Source of the DNA: Planktothrix sp. GU0601_MAG3
GTDB lineage: Bacteria > Cyanobacteriota > Cyanobacteriia > Cyanobacteriales > Microcoleaceae
DNA: 64,000 nt
Direction: 5' to 3'
Assembly (NCBI GenBank): GCA_035193785.1
Contig: CP136572.1
Coordinates: 928,001-992,000 of the forward strand
The notes below the pieces were generated by a model that saw nothing but the letters and a program-made list of their open reading frames with translations, searched no databases and had not been told where the DNA came from. The position numbers and the translations under genes are program-made. Positions 1-11,830 of this stretch are shown here, one piece after another. Each line of letters begins with the position of its first letter. Positions within the stretch are counted from its first letter, which is position 1.

Positions 1-256
1 ACCTATTCCCTTAAAAGGTTTGGTCACACCGGATGTTTTACGCAGTGATCATGCGCCCTTTTGGTATCAAGGAATTCCGGCGGTTTTAATCACCGATACA
101 GCGAATTTGCGATCGCCCCATTACCATCAACCCAGTGACACTATCGCCAATTTAGATCCCAACTTTTTTGAAGGATCAGCCGCAATCATTTATAATGTAG
201 TTGTTGAACTTCTGAATAGTCAGACCTCCTTTAATCTTCCCCCTGCCCTTAATTAA
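1..256 (+). CDS. M28 family peptidase, C-terminal part (5' truncated by window)
   Basis: RSDHAPFW..G.PA..ITDTA..R.PHYHQPSDT motifs typical of cyanobacterial M28 peptidases. Confidence 0.8.
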   Translation, partial: PIPLKGLVTPDVLRSDHAPFWYQGIPAVLITDTANLRSPHYHQPSDTIANLDPNFFEGSAAIIYNVVVELLNSQTSFNLPPALN

Positions 257-277
257 ATCAATTATTTTTTATCTAAT

Positions 278-2096
278 ATGAAGACTCAAGAAAACCTCCG
301 ACAGCTATTATTTGATCTCGATAATCGAGGTTATAAAGCTTATAAAGATATTATGGGGACTTATGAATTTCCCAATTTCACCCTAATTATTGATTATGTT
401 CAAGGTGATCCCTTTGCTACACCGAGCAAATTTCGAGTTCAAATTCCCCCAACAATTGCAGGATTTCCTCCCGAATTATACCGCACCCATAGCCGTGAAA
501 TTGCCCTGCGAGACTATCTAATTCGTGAATTTGATCAGAATGCCATGGAGATGAGTAGCCATCGGGGAACGGGCAAAAGTGGCATGATTGCGGTGACAAA
601 AATGGGTCAGGAAATATTAGAACGGACGGCCGCTTCACTGATTACTATAACCCCCCATTCTCATAAATCTATTATTAGCGGAAACCATGTATTACAACGC
701 ACCCGTCCAACCGCTTCTACTCCAGAAAAAGGAGTTGAAATCCGCTTTTTTGTCGGACTTCCTGCCCGGGGACGCAATATTTTAGGTCGTCAAGCCGTGA
801 TGATGATTTGTGATGATATTCCCACCCTTGTAGACCGATCTTTAAGATATCAAAATTTAGATGGAGAGGCTATTAAATCCCACATTGAAACGGCGGAAGA
901 TGCTGATTATTTACGCGAACAATTAGCGGAAAAAGCGTTAGTTGCCTTTGTCGCCAATGGTGCAATTTTACCCCGTCGTAGTGGGGTTGATAGTCGCCCT
1001 TTAGCAGAAAATGCGATCGCTTTTCAATCCCCAAAATCCTTAGAAGTGGAGTTTAATTGTCCCAACCAAGGATTAATTAAAGGCATGGGAATTCCTCAAG
1101 GAATCACTTTAATTGTCGGTGGCGGTTACCATGGGAAATCAACCCTATTAAAAGCAATTGAATTAGGGGTTTATAATCATATTCCTGGGGATGGTCGGGA
1201 ATTTGTAATTACCAATCCCTCGGCGGTAAAAATTCGGGCGGAGGATGGTCGCAGCGTCTCGGGAGTGGATATTTCTGCATTTATTAATCAATTACCTCAA
1301 GGTCGTTCGACAACGGAATTTTCCACAAAAAATGCCAGTGGAAGTACCTCCCAAGCTGCTAATATTATGGAGGCATTAGAGGCATTAGTTTTAGCCGAAA
1401 ATTCTCCCTCAATTCCGGCGGTGTTATTAGTAGATGAAGATACCGCCGCCACTAATTTTATGATTCGCGATCGCCGAATGCAAGCATTAATTGCTAAAAA
1501 TCAAGAACCCATTACCCCTTTTATTGACAAAGTTCGCCAACTTTATACCGATTATTCTGTGTCTACTATTTTAGTCATGGGAGGCAGTGGAGATTATTTT
1601 GATGTGGCAGATCAGGTAATTGGAATGGAGAATTTTCAAGCACTAGAATTAACCGCAAAAGCCAAAGAAATCGCTAGTCAATATAGTACGGGTCGCACCT
1701 TAGAAGGGGGTGAAACTTTTGGTGTCATTCGTCCACGAATTCCCCTATTTGAAAGTTTAGATCCCAGTCGGGGACGTTGGGATGTGCGGGTAAAGGTTAG
1801 GGATGTGGAGGAGGTGTTATTTGGTACTGAAGATATTGATGTTTCTGCGGTGGAAACAATTGGTTTCTCAAGATCAATTACGGGCGATCGCGGCGGCAAT
1901 GGTTTATGCTAAACAACAGTATATTGATGGAGAGAAAACCCTACCTCAAATTTTAGATCAAATTATGAATGATATTACCACCAAAGGATTAGATATTATT
2001 GCCCCCTTTCCCCAAGGAGATTTGGCAATCTTCCGACGATTTGAATTAGCTGCGGCTATCAACAGAATTAGAACCTTAGAAGTCAAACAACCTTAA
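278..2096 (+). CDS. ABC-class ATPase domain protein; apparent +1 frameshift at ~1854
   Basis: GGGYHGKST Walker A, SGSTSQAA, LLVDEDTAATNF; removing one A from GAAAC joins the frames (SAVEQLVSQDQLR). Confidence 0.8.
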
Positions 2097-2182
2097 AGTT
2101 ATCCTCCCTTATGAAAGGGAAACTGGATAGTAAAACCTTGATAAATTATCAAATTCATTTAACTTTTTCTTGAAGATTATTA

Positions 2183-3313
2183 ATGATTATTTCTTCGATT
2201 CCTCTCCGAGTTATGGTTATTTTTGGGACTCGCCCAGAAGCGATTAAATTAGCCCCTGTCATTCAACAGTTAAAACAAACCTCTGGATTTGATACTCAGG
2301 TGGTTTTAACGGGTCAACATCGGGAAATGGTAACCCAGGTTATGACTTTGTTTAATTTAACCGCAGACCAAGATTTAGATATCATGCAAGCGCGGCAAAC
2401 CTTAACGGATATTACCTGTAAAAGTTTACGGGGATTAGAAGATTTATTGAAACAATTAAATCCCCATTTAGTCTTAGTTCAAGGAGATACAACCACGGCT
2501 TTTGCTGCAAGTTTAGCCGCTTTTTATCAAAAAATTCCCGTTGGTCATGTTGAGGCTGGATTACGCACCAATGATGTGTTTAATCCCTATCCTGAAGAAG
2601 CCAATCGGCGGTTAATTTCTCAGTTAACCCAATTACATTTTGCCCCCACGACTCAATCAGTTCAAAACCTAAAAAATTCAGGGGTTTTGGGAGAAATTCA
2701 TCACACGGGAAATACGGTTATTGATGCTTTATTATCCGTTGCTAAACAACAACCTCAACTCAATATTCCTGAGTTAGAAAATAGGGACTATCGGTTAATT
2801 TTAGCCACAGTTCATCGGCGGGAAAATTGGGGAAAACCCTTAGAAGGAATTGCGGAAGGATTCCTACAAATTCTGAACGAATTTCCCGACACGGCGTTAT
2901 TATTACCTTTGCATAGAAATCCAACGGTTAGGGAACCTTTAACGGAAAAATTAGGCAATCATCCCCGGGTATTTCTCACCGAACCTTTGGATTATACCGA
3001 ATTAGTAGCGGCGATTGATCGCTGTTATTTTGTATTAACTGATTCGGGGGGATTACAAGAGGAAGCACCCAGTTTAGGAAAACCGGTATTAGTATTAAGA
3101 AAAACCACAGAACGTCCTGAAGCAGTGGAAGCGGGAACCGCTAAATTAGTCGGAACAGAAGCACAAAATATTTTTACAGAGGCGAGTCTATTATTAAAGA
3201 ATGAAATTGCCTATCAAAACATGGCAAATGCGATTAATCCCTTTGGAGATGGTCATGCTTCAGAACGGATTATTGATATTATCAAAAATTATTTTAATCC
3301 TATCAATAATTAA
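2183..3313 (+). CDS. wecB: UDP-N-acetylglucosamine 2-epimerase (non-hydrolysing)
   Basis: FGTRPEAIK, QGDT, HVEAGLR, TDSGGLQEEA, NPFGDG motifs. Confidence 0.95.
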   Translation: MIISSIPLRVMVIFGTRPEAIKLAPVIQQLKQTSGFDTQVVLTGQHREMVTQVMTLFNLTADQDLDIMQARQTLTDITCKSLRGLEDLLKQLNPHLVLVQGDTTTAFAASLAAFYQKIPVGHVEAGLRTNDVFNPYPEEANRRLISQLTQLHFAPTTQSVQNLKNSGVLGEIHHTGNTVIDALLSVAKQQPQLNIPELENRDYRLILATVHRRENWGKPLEGIAEGFLQILNEFPDTALLLPLHRNPTVREPLTEKLGNHPRVFLTEPLDYTELVAAIDRCYFVLTDSGGLQEEAPSLGKPVLVLRKTTERPEAVEAGTAKLVGTEAQNIFTEASLLLKNEIAYQNMANAINPFGDGHASERIIDIIKNYFNPINN

Positions 3314-3398
3314 ACAAATACCGTTGTGGCGATTAGTTGCTTTCTAATTCCTATCAAACTTTAAAGTGGGAAGAAAGCCCTGAAGGGCTTACTACGGG

Positions 3399-3734
3399 TT
3401 AGGAGAGTAAACCGAAATAGGTTAAAATTAAATCGGTATTTCCTGTATTACTAACTTCGTGAACTTCCCCAGGTTCGACTGCAATACAAACCCCTGGTTT
3501 TAATTGATAATCTGTACCATTAATACGGATATTTCCTAAACCAGATTCCACAAAAAATACCTCAGACATATCAGCATGGGAATGACCGCCCGCCACTTGT
3601 CCAGGGGCAAAACACGCCTGCGAAAAGTTGGTTAAGTGGGGTAAATCCCCTGGACTCAACATCGCCTTTTTTTTGATTGCTGGATTATGGGAAACCTCCT
3701 GTTCTGGAATCTGGGCTAAATCTGTTATTTTCAT
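3399..3734 (-). CDS. cupin domain protein
   Basis: HSHADMSEVFFV ... GEVHEVSN cupin motifs. Confidence 0.85.
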   Translation of the reverse strand: MKITDLAQIPEQEVSHNPAIKKKAMLSPGDLPHLTNFSQACFAPGQVAGGHSHADMSEVFFVESGLGNIRINGTDYQLKPGVCIAVEPGEVHEVSNTGNTDLILTYFGLLS

Positions 3735-3856
3735 AAAACTTTAAATTTAAAATTTATATTATTATAACATTTTTATGCTAATATGCACTAAATATATTAA
3801 TCTCCAGTGATCGGTAATTGCTGATTGTTAAACTTTCATAAATCTTAATATTCGTT

Positions 3857-4822
3857 ATGAAAAAGAAGCTCAAACTCAAAAAAGTATCCGATGATGCCGT
3901 CATCCAAATGCGACAGAATTTAATGGCTGAATCCCAACCCAATCTTAACTACATCATCTTAGTAATAACAGCTTGTTTAATTGCTACCTTTGGATTACTA
4001 AGTAATAGTACAGCCGTGATTATTGGGGCAATGTTAGTAGCTCCGATTATGTTACCGTTGCGAGGATTAGCCTTTGGAATTTTAGAAAGTGATCAAGAAT
4101 TATCTCGTCGTAGTATAATCTCGATTATTGTGGGAACGGTGGTGGCACTAATCTTATCAATGACATTAGGAAAAATAACGGGAATTGAAGATTTTGGTTC
4201 AGAAGTTTTAGCCCGAACTGAACCGACATTAATTGACTTGGGAATCGCCGTTGTAGCCGGAGGATTAAGCGGTTTTACCAAGGTGGAAAAGGGGATTAGT
4301 GATGCCGTAGCTGGAACCGCAATTGCTGTGGCTTTAATGCCTCCCCTATGTGTTATTGGTTTAACTTTATCCCAAGGTTTTTTTGATTTAAGTTATGGCG
4401 CAACATTGCTTTATCTGACCAATTTAATTGGGATCGCCTTAGCTTGTATGATAGTTTTTATTTTGGCGGGTTATTCCCGACTGCGAAAACAATTTGCTTT
4501 AACATTAATTATTACTTCTGTTGTCGCAATTCCTTTAGGGATTAGTTTTTTACAATTAGTAACTCAACTACAGTTACAAACGGATTTGAGAAATATTTTT
4601 GAACAGAAAACCTTAACGGGACAACGGGTGGATTTACAAGACACTCATATTAATTGGAAACAAAATCCTCCTATTGCTTATTTAAAAGTTCGGGCTACCG
4701 AACCTGTTACGCCAAGACAAGTACGTTTAGTTCAAGATTTTATTAATCAAAAAATGAGGCAGAATTTCGCCTTAGTTTTTTTAGTTGAAGAAGTTGAACA
4801 AGTAGAAGCAGAAAAGAAATAG
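3857..4822 (+). CDS. DUF389 family membrane protein
   Basis: NSTAVIIGAMLVAP, ARTEP...DL, GTAIAVALMPPL motifs, multiple TM segments. Confidence 0.85.
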   Translation: MKKKLKLKKVSDDAVIQMRQNLMAESQPNLNYIILVITACLIATFGLLSNSTAVIIGAMLVAPIMLPLRGLAFGILESDQELSRRSIISIIVGTVVALILSMTLGKITGIEDFGSEVLARTEPTLIDLGIAVVAGGLSGFTKVEKGISDAVAGTAIAVALMPPLCVIGLTLSQGFFDLSYGATLLYLTNLIGIALACMIVFILAGYSRLRKQFALTLIITSVVAIPLGISFLQLVTQLQLQTDLRNIFEQKTLTGQRVDLQDTHINWKQNPPIAYLKVRATEPVTPRQVRLVQDFINQKMRQNFALVFLVEEVEQVEAEKK

Positions 4823-4888
4823 ATAAGGAATAGATACTGATATTTTATTACTATTCCTCAACCCCTATTTATTGTTTTTACCCTGGGA

Positions 4889-5350
4889 TTATAATCCGCC
4901 AAAATCAAGGGGGCTGGATACGGGACTGGTGAAGACAAAATAAATAATTCCTGCTCCTAATAAGGCGATCGCTAAACTAAAAAGAATCACCCAACGATCG
5001 GGAGGTTCATAAGTATCTTCTTCAATATCTCGACGGACAACAAAATATTGAACCGTCGATAATAATACGGTTAATAAACCTACTCCAGAAAATAATAATC
5101 CTAATTTCCAACCATAGCCCGGGCCAGGAACAGCAACGGGTTGAAAAGCACGGAGGCGTAAAATCACCACCCCAAATCCCATTAAACCAACCGCAGTTCG
5201 CATCCAAGCCAGATAGGTGCGTTCATTGGCTAAATGATCTCGAACCCGGGAAGGGTTTAGTCTTTTGGGTTTTTGAATAATTTCTGCGGTAGAATCTGGT
5301 GATTTAATGAATTCAGAGGCTTGAATTTGGGTGCAATTTTCGGTTTTCAT
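4889..5350 (-). CDS. YidH/DUF202 family membrane protein
   Basis: RDHLANERTYLAWMRT signature. Confidence 0.9.
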   Translation of the reverse strand: MKTENCTQIQASEFIKSPDSTAEIIQKPKRLNPSRVRDHLANERTYLAWMRTAVGLMGFGVVILRLRAFQPVAVPGPGYGWKLGLLFSGVGLLTVLLSTVQYFVVRRDIEEDTYEPPDRWVILFSLAIALLGAGIIYFVFTSPVSSPLDFGGL

Positions 5351-5459
5351 AGTTTGGGAAATTCAACAAAAATACAGACAATTAATGAGGATATCCCCCT
5401 AAATTTCCCCACTTATTAAGGGGAGTTAGGGGGAATAAATATTAGAAAATTAGAAACAT

Positions 5460-6104
5460 TTAGGCTTTTTTCGCAGTCGGAGCATTAGGAAGTTGGTTGT
5501 CAATAATACTTTGGGAAATATTAGGGATAAACCAATTAACATCACTGGTTTGAACCACTTTCGCTAATGGAGAATTAAATTCAAGAGTTCCGGTTTCAAG
5601 ATTGGTTGTAATTCCTAACTGAGTCCCATCCATAATTTTAATCGCAATCGGCCCTTGTAAGGGTTCAGATTGTTCAGTAAATCCTAAATTAGTTCCCTTC
5701 ACATCTTGGGGTAAATAGATGCCATCACAATCCCATTTTGCTTTAGTGGTTTGACCATCACCGAGAAAATAAAGGGTTGCTATGTGATCATCATCTTCTT
5801 TTTTTGGACTGCCATAAACAGCTATTGTTTTTCCGGTGTTATTGGTACATTGCCCCCAATTAGTTCCTGATTGTAGCGCATATTGTTGAAATTGCAACTG
5901 ATCAATTTTTTGTTGAACTGTTTCAGAAATTGCTCCTTGAGTTTTGACTTCATTTTCAGCGACCAAGGACAGTTCTTTTAACTCTTGGGTGACTTCAATG
6001 TAATCGGGATTTTTAGCATATTTAGGTTCAGCGAAAGCGGATTGAGATAAAACAAGATTTAGGATCAGAACCACAGCAATCAATAGAGATGTTAAGAATT
6101 TCAT
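5460..6104 (-). CDS. hypothetical secreted protein
   Basis: Start MKFL at 6104 with signal peptide (AFA cleavage site); no family recognised. Confidence 0.65.
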   Translation of the reverse strand: MKFLTSLLIAVVLILNLVLSQSAFAEPKYAKNPDYIEVTQELKELSLVAENEVKTQGAISETVQQKIDQLQFQQYALQSGTNWGQCTNNTGKTIAVYGSPKKEDDDHIATLYFLGDGQTTKAKWDCDGIYLPQDVKGTNLGFTEQSEPLQGPIAIKIMDGTQLGITTNLETGTLEFNSPLAKVVQTSDVNWFIPNISQSIIDNQLPNAPTAKKA

Positions 6105-6174
6105 GAATTTTCTCCTACAATTAAATGGATTTAAAAAAATTAGACTTGTACAGGGTGCAATGCAATGATTCAAC

Positions 6175-6865
6175 TTAGGCTGTTTTTTCGGGACTAAAAA
6201 GCCAGACCCAAACATAACTAATTCCTAAAGCTAGAAGTGCTAACAATAGGTTTTCTTTGACAATAAATACCCCTAAACCAATTAATACACAAGGAACAAA
6301 GGTATTGCCATAACCGGTTAAAACCTTAGCAATGGCGGGAAAATGGGTTAACTTGTAGGCAAGATAACACCAAACCCCAACCAAGGAGAAAAAGGTAAAT
6401 AATATAGTTAATAAACCTTCCCAGGTGCTACTCGCAAATAGGGGAACATAAATGCCAATATTATCGCTACCATTAGCAACTGTTACCGCCGCGACTCCAT
6501 AGGTTTGAGGAGATAGCCATTTTTGCCAAAAAGAGGGCTTATCCGCAGAATTAGGAGTTGCTATCGAGGTTGAACAATTCTCATCGCTTGCTTGAGATTT
6601 TAATAAATAATGAATCCCCAAGATCACCGGAAACTACACCTAACCATCGAATCCAATCAGGAGGAATTAAGAAACTCCCAAAAAAACCGGGTAAACTAGC
6701 CAATAATAGAAGGGTAAATCCTAAATACTGACCGATAATAATTTGGCGACGACGGAATAGAGTATTAACTTGAGTAAAAAATAGGGTGAGGATGAGAATA
6801 TCATCAATATTAGTGGCAATAAAAGCAGCAGTTCCTGTGGAAATGGCGGTCATTAATGGGTGCAT
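6175..6865 (-). CDS. CadD-family cadmium resistance transporter; apparent +1 frameshift at ~6631
   Basis: FIATNIDD, GQYLGF, ANGSDNIGIYVPLF motifs split over two frames at a GAAAC. Confidence 0.85.
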
Positions 6866-6902
6866 GGTTTGATCTAGCTTTTTGGGTTAATGAATGGGAG
6901 TT

Positions 6903-8426
6903 TTAGAATTTTTGTCTGCCTTTAATCGAGTAGGGATTAACTGAAGTAACCACTAAGGAAGTAGAGGGAACAATTTCAGGATTCGGGTGAGTAAATTGAG
7001 CATGAATTTCTTCAATATGTCGTTCCATTGTTCTGACTAATTTCGGTGAACGAGTGCGTTGTCTTATAAACCAACCACAAGTTACAAATAAGTAGAGAAG
7101 GAACAAATAGGGGAACAGGTTATAAGGAGCTTCGGGAACAGGAAAAAGTTGATTTCCTGGGATACCAACACTGCCGATAATAGGAATCATCATAAACCCA
7201 ACGGCTAAAATAGAACAGATAATATCAATTGAACGCAGTTGTTTAATTTTGCACAGATAAAGCGGTGCAGCCATCGAGACTAAAATGTAGACCGTTAAAA
7301 ATCCATAACTACAAATCGCCCCTAAATAACCCATACTTTCAAATAAGCGAATATTGAACATTGACATCACGGCGGGAACCAAAAACATCAGGAAAGAACA
7401 GAGGGTAACAGCAATGTGGGGGGTGCGATTTGAGGCGTGGGTTGTGCCAATTGACGCATGAAATAAACCGTGACGAGCCATTGTAAAAAAGATGCGAGCA
7501 GCAGGATTAATCGTTCCTAAAACACAAGCAAAGAAGCTAAATAAAACCCCGAAGGCAATAATATCTCCTAAGAATCCCAAGCCGATTTGATCGGAGAGAA
7601 ATGCTAGGGGTTCTTCTGTTGTGGTAATCGAAACCCCAGTCCCTTCAAACCCTAGAATTTCAACATAACTGGTGAAGATAAAAAAGACTCCGGCGAGAAT
7701 GACACTTCCCATCACAGAACGGGGAATAGTTCTCAAAGGATTTTTGGCTTCATCTCCTAATGTAGTCGCACTTTCAAAACCGGCAAATCCAAATAATGCT
7801 AATACTAAACCTGTGGCAATATTACCCGGGGTCACACCTTCTAGGGTAAGTTGACTCAGATCTAAAGCAAAGCCTTTATGCGCCCAAATCATCATCATTA
7901 GAATTGTAATTAAAACAATCGAAATTCCCTCCATCCACAGCATCGCCATTGCGGAAAGTTGGATATCTTTATAGGCTGCATACCAAGCAATTCCCGCCCC
8001 AATTGCCAGTAATGTAATCGCCGAGGGATGAATCCCTAAATGACCGAATAATATCCCACTAAAGTTGGCTAAACCGCAGAGAACTGACATTCCAGTGAAT
8101 AAATAGGCGAGTACCAAACTCCAACCGCAAACTACCCCGGCTGTTGGGCCTAATCCTTTAACAATATAGGTATAAAAGGAACCCGGAGAAGCGGAACGTT
8201 TCGCAAATTGATTAATATTAATACTGACAAAAATTAAACCAATTAAACCAATTAAAAAACTGAGCCAGGTGCCTTTTCCTGAAAGGGCAACTAATAACCC
8301 TAAATTAGAGGCAGGAATCGTAGTTGGAGCAATCACGGCAAAGGATTGAGCTAATACTTCTCCAAAGGAAAGACAATTCTTTTTTAATCCATCAGAACTT
8401 TGATAGAGTTGAGTAATTTTGGTCAT
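6903..8426 (-). CDS. APC family amino acid permease
   Basis: ~12 TM helices, GFAGFESA, ARIFFTMAR; likely start MTKI at 8426. Confidence 0.9.
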   Translation of the reverse strand: MTKITQLYQSSDGLKKNCLSFGEVLAQSFAVIAPTTIPASNLGLLVALSGKGTWLSFLIGLIGLIFVSININQFAKRSASPGSFYTYIVKGLGPTAGVVCGWSLVLAYLFTGMSVLCGLANFSGILFGHLGIHPSAITLLAIGAGIAWYAAYKDIQLSAMAMLWMEGISIVLITILMMMIWAHKGFALDLSQLTLEGVTPGNIATGLVLALFGFAGFESATTLGDEAKNPLRTIPRSVMGSVILAGVFFIFTSYVEILGFEGTGVSITTTEEPLAFLSDQIGLGFLGDIIAFGVLFSFFACVLGTINPAARIFFTMARHGLFHASIGTTHASNRTPHIAVTLCSFLMFLVPAVMSMFNIRLFESMGYLGAICSYGFLTVYILVSMAAPLYLCKIKQLRSIDIICSILAVGFMMIPIIGSVGIPGNQLFPVPEAPYNLFPYLFLLYLFVTCGWFIRQRTRSPKLVRTMERHIEEIHAQFTHPNPEIVPSTSLVVTSVNPYSIKGRQKF

Positions 8427-8679
8427 AGAGTAATTCCCTCTCTGTTTTAAATAGACACCGGTGAATTGCTCTGTGATCGCCAATAAAGTTTTGAGCAAAA
8501 TTAACGAGATCACTGAAAGCCAAAAACCAACGGTTTCAGTTTTTACTCTATGGGGGTTTGATAATAAAATCAAATGTTCTTTTTTGTTGAATTAATAAAT
8601 TTTATTTATGGATTCTCCCCGGAATGGCTTCTAACCTTAGAAGCCAAAGATGATCACTGCAAAATTTCTGTTTCAGTTC

Positions 8680-9240
8680 CTATTCTTCTGACTGTATATC
8701 CTCAATATTTGTTGAAGTTTTATGACGATGGATTCGTTGCTGTTTATAAAAAGGTCGATAAACTCGCAGCCGATAAATTGAATTTACTTTGACTTTTTTA
8801 AACCCTCTTAAAATCAGTAAAGTCATCAAGGTTCCGATTAAACTCATCTGCCATAATCCGCATCCTGTAGCTGTTCCTAAACCTGCGGTTAACCATAAAG
8901 CTGCCGCCGAGGTTAGCCCTTTAACTTTAGGTTTAAGATTGGGTTTTGACTGTTGAAAAATAAGTCCTGCCCCGATAAATCCTACCCCTGTGGCAATTCC
9001 TTGAATGGTACGACTCAGGGCATTGGTTGAGTTAAGATCAAGCCCAGCCTGTAGGGTGATCATTACAAAAATTGCAGCCCCCAAACTAACAATCATATAG
9101 GTTCTAAGTCCGGCAGGTCTGCTGGGTTGCTCACGGTCTAATCCAATCACACCACCAATTAACAACGCTATTCCTAAGCGAAAGAGAATGGTTAACCAGT
9201 CATCGGAAGGAAAAAACATTGGGTTAGAATTGACAGCCAT
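8680..9240 (-). CDS. MgtC/SapB family membrane protein
   Basis: IGLDRE...AGLRT, GVGFIGAGLI, GLTSAA.LW motifs. Confidence 0.9.
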   Translation of the reverse strand: MAVNSNPMFFPSDDWLTILFRLGIALLIGGVIGLDREQPSRPAGLRTYMIVSLGAAIFVMITLQAGLDLNSTNALSRTIQGIATGVGFIGAGLIFQQSKPNLKPKVKGLTSAAALWLTAGLGTATGCGLWQMSLIGTLMTLLILRGFKKVKVNSIYRLRVYRPFYKQQRIHRHKTSTNIEDIQSEE

Positions 9241-9346
9241 TGACGGTATAAACCTCACTAATTATTAAGGTAAAGATTGGGGTTACTCTTTGTAACCTTA
9301 CAATCAATTTTATCAATTTATTTGTCAAAATACCTAACTAATTAAA

Positions 9347-9935
9347 TTAAATTTCATAATGCCAAAAGGCTTGATGTCCGGGTAGAATGATAAATTGTCT
9401 ATTCAACCGTTCAATGATACCTTGCTGTTCAAATTCCTTCAAAAGTCGGGTGACAGTGACTCGTGTTGTCCCAATACTTTCAGCAATTTCTTGATGGGTT
9501 AAATGGAACTGAATCAGTTGTCCATGGGGGACATCACTGCCAAATTTATTGGCTAATAACATGAGTAATTTATGCAAAGCTTCATCAACCGGACGAGAAT
9601 GAACAATTTCTAAAAAGCTTTGTAGTTGATGAATATGTTCAATTAACAGGGGCTGCAAATCATCAAATTCCAAGATCGGAAGGGCGGTCGCCTGGACTGG
9701 GGTGACGCACTCCATATAGTAGGGGTCGGCTTTGGATAAAACCTGCGATACCACATCCCCCGCGCCCCATAAACCCAGGGTGACGACGGTTTCCGTTTTC
9801 CAGGTAGGTGAAGGTACGCACAACACCAGACTCGATTTTCCACAGGTGATCCCGTCTGGAGGGAAGTTGGTCACGACGTTGGAAGTAACGCTGTTGCTGG
9901 CTAAATTCGGGTGCAATCCTTTGAGCTAAAGTCAT
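9347..9935 (-). CDS. Crp/Fnr family regulator (CysR-like); apparent +1 frameshift at ~9790
   Basis: WKIESGVVRTFT...LGLWGAGD and LTHQEIAESIGTTRVTVTRLL HTH; frames join at GAAC. Confidence 0.85.
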
Positions 9936-9999
9936 TGAGGATACCAGTTAAGTGAAATTTAATTAAAATTGTAGAGCATATTAATTACATTTGCATTAG

Positions 10000-10019
10000 A
10001 ATACAACTTTGATTGTATT
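10000..10019. promoter_or_regulatory. inverted repeat AATACAA-N6-TTGTATT between divergent crp-like and lysR genes, candidate operator
   Basis: Perfect 7-bp arms in a short divergent intergenic region. Confidence 0.4.
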
Positions 10020-10087
10020 AAATTGTTTTAGTCCCCATTCAGACTAATCCCAATCCCCTGATTATGCGAGAGGTAAGTGACTTTATA

Positions 10088-11032
10088 ATGGCTGGAATGA
10101 CCCTAGAGCAACTGCGAATTTTTTTGGCGGTGGCGGAACATCTACATTTTACCCGGGCGGCGGAAGGACTTTATATTACCCAACCGGCGGTGAGTGCTGC
10201 AATTCATAGCTTAGAAACAGAATATCGAGTTAAGTTATTTCATCGGATTGCTCGCCATGTTGAAATTACGGAGGCGGGACAATTATTACAACTTGAAGCT
10301 CAAAAAATATTGGAACAAGTGGGATTAACAGAACGAGGATTAAGAGAGTTAAATAATCTCCAACGAGGAGAACTCAAATTAGGCTCCAGTTTAACGATTG
10401 GTAACTATTGGCTACCGGAAAAAATTAGTCAATTTCAACGACAATATTCGGGAATTATGGTCAATTGTACCTTAGCTAATACCGAAGAAATTTGTGTGGG
10501 AACCGCTAATGGAAAGTTTGATTTAGGGTTAATTGAAGGCGAAGTTAAACCCAGTTTACAAAAATCTTTAGATCAGGAGGAAATAGGTAGCGATCGCCTA
10601 TTAATTGTGGTCGGACAATCCCATCCTTGGTTTGAGCGAGAACAGGTGGATTTAGCAGAACTAAAAAATACTGATTGGGTGATGCGAGAGGGGGGTTCAG
10701 GGACTCAGCAACGTTTGGAAGAAGCCCTACAAAATTGGGGAATTAACCTGAATGAATTACAGGTTATTTTAGTTTTAAATACTGGAGAAATGGTGAAAGC
10801 TGTTGTCGAAGAAGGTCATGTGGCGGCGGGAATTTCTGAACTCATGGTTAAAAAAGAATTAAAATTAGGGTTGTTAAGAGCAGTTAGGATTATTGATGAT
10901 CGTCAAGATTCTGGTCGAGAATTAAAATTAATTAGACCTTTTTTAAAAATCAAACATTGCCAAAGGTTTCAAACCCAAATTTCTCAAACCTTTGAAAAAA
11001 TGTTATTATTAGTTGATCAAATTAACGATTAA
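10088..11032 (+). CDS. LysR family regulator (CysL-like)
   Basis: MTLEQLRIF..VAE..HFTRAA..L.ITQPAVS HTH; RE.GSGT in substrate domain. Confidence 0.92.
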   Translation: MAGMTLEQLRIFLAVAEHLHFTRAAEGLYITQPAVSAAIHSLETEYRVKLFHRIARHVEITEAGQLLQLEAQKILEQVGLTERGLRELNNLQRGELKLGSSLTIGNYWLPEKISQFQRQYSGIMVNCTLANTEEICVGTANGKFDLGLIEGEVKPSLQKSLDQEEIGSDRLLIVVGQSHPWFEREQVDLAELKNTDWVMREGGSGTQQRLEEALQNWGINLNELQVILVLNTGEMVKAVVEEGHVAAGISELMVKKELKLGLLRAVRIIDDRQDSGRELKLIRPFLKIKHCQRFQTQISQTFEKMLLLVDQIND

Positions 11033-11067
11033 GTAGGGTATCCAGATTGAATCTATGAATTGATTTA

Positions 11068-11823
11068 TCATCCAGAAACTAAGGGTAATTTTCCATTCCA
11101 TTGACTAACTACTTGCCTTTGCAATATTTCTGGAGTTAATGTTTTTTGCAACAAAGCATTAGCTTCCGCTTCACCCTTAGCTAAATTAACTTTAGCTTCC
11201 GCTTCCTTAATGGCTTTCAAAACTAAAAACCCAGCTTTTTTAGCATCTTGTTCAGCAATTTGCTTGGCTTCCACAGCATCCATAAACCGTTGGGAAAAAT
11301 GCACATGAACTAGGGAAATATTATCCACTTGAATATGATAATTAATTAATTGACCCGTTAATAAATTATCGACCTCTGATTTGACATTTTCCCGGCGAGT
11401 AATAATTTCTTCGGCGGTATATTTAGCCATGACTGCCTTGAGAATTTCTTCAATAACTGGATTAATAATTGCTTCTATAATAGCTTGTTCATCCCCAATT
11501 TGTTGAAAAGCTAAATTTGCTTCTTCAGGAATAATATGCCAATTCAAGGCGACATCGGTAAACACCTCCTGTAAATCTTTAGATGAAGCTTCGGCGGATA
11601 TTTCCTGTTTTTGAATTTTGACATTCATCTTTTGTACGGTTTCCGCCACCGGAATAATAAAATGCAATCCTTCACCCAAAATTTCCGTCTGAACTTTTCC
11701 GAAAACCATAAAAATTCCCCTTTCTCCGGCTTTAACAACCACCAGGGGATTAAAAAATATCAGGAATAATAGTAACAAAAAAAATAGATTAACGGGTTTC
11801 AACAACTCTGAATATCTTGGCAT
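11068..11823 (-). CDS. prohibitin/SPFH family protein (true end may be ~11022 if GAAAC at 11075 is a +1 error)
   Basis: GERG...FG, EGLHF..P, SKDLQ, AVEAKQIAEQ, W.GKLP. Confidence 0.9.
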   Translation of the reverse strand: MPRYSELLKPVNLFFLLLLFLIFFNPLVVVKAGERGIFMVFGKVQTEILGEGLHFIIPVAETVQKMNVKIQKQEISAEASSKDLQEVFTDVALNWHIIPEEANLAFQQIGDEQAIIEAIINPVIEEILKAVMAKYTAEEIITRRENVKSEVDNLLTGQLINYHIQVDNISLVHVHFSQRFMDAVEAKQIAEQDAKKAGFLVLKAIKEAEAKVNLAKGEAEANALLQKTLTPEILQRQVVSQWNGKLPLVSG

Positions 11824-11830
11824 TATCGGA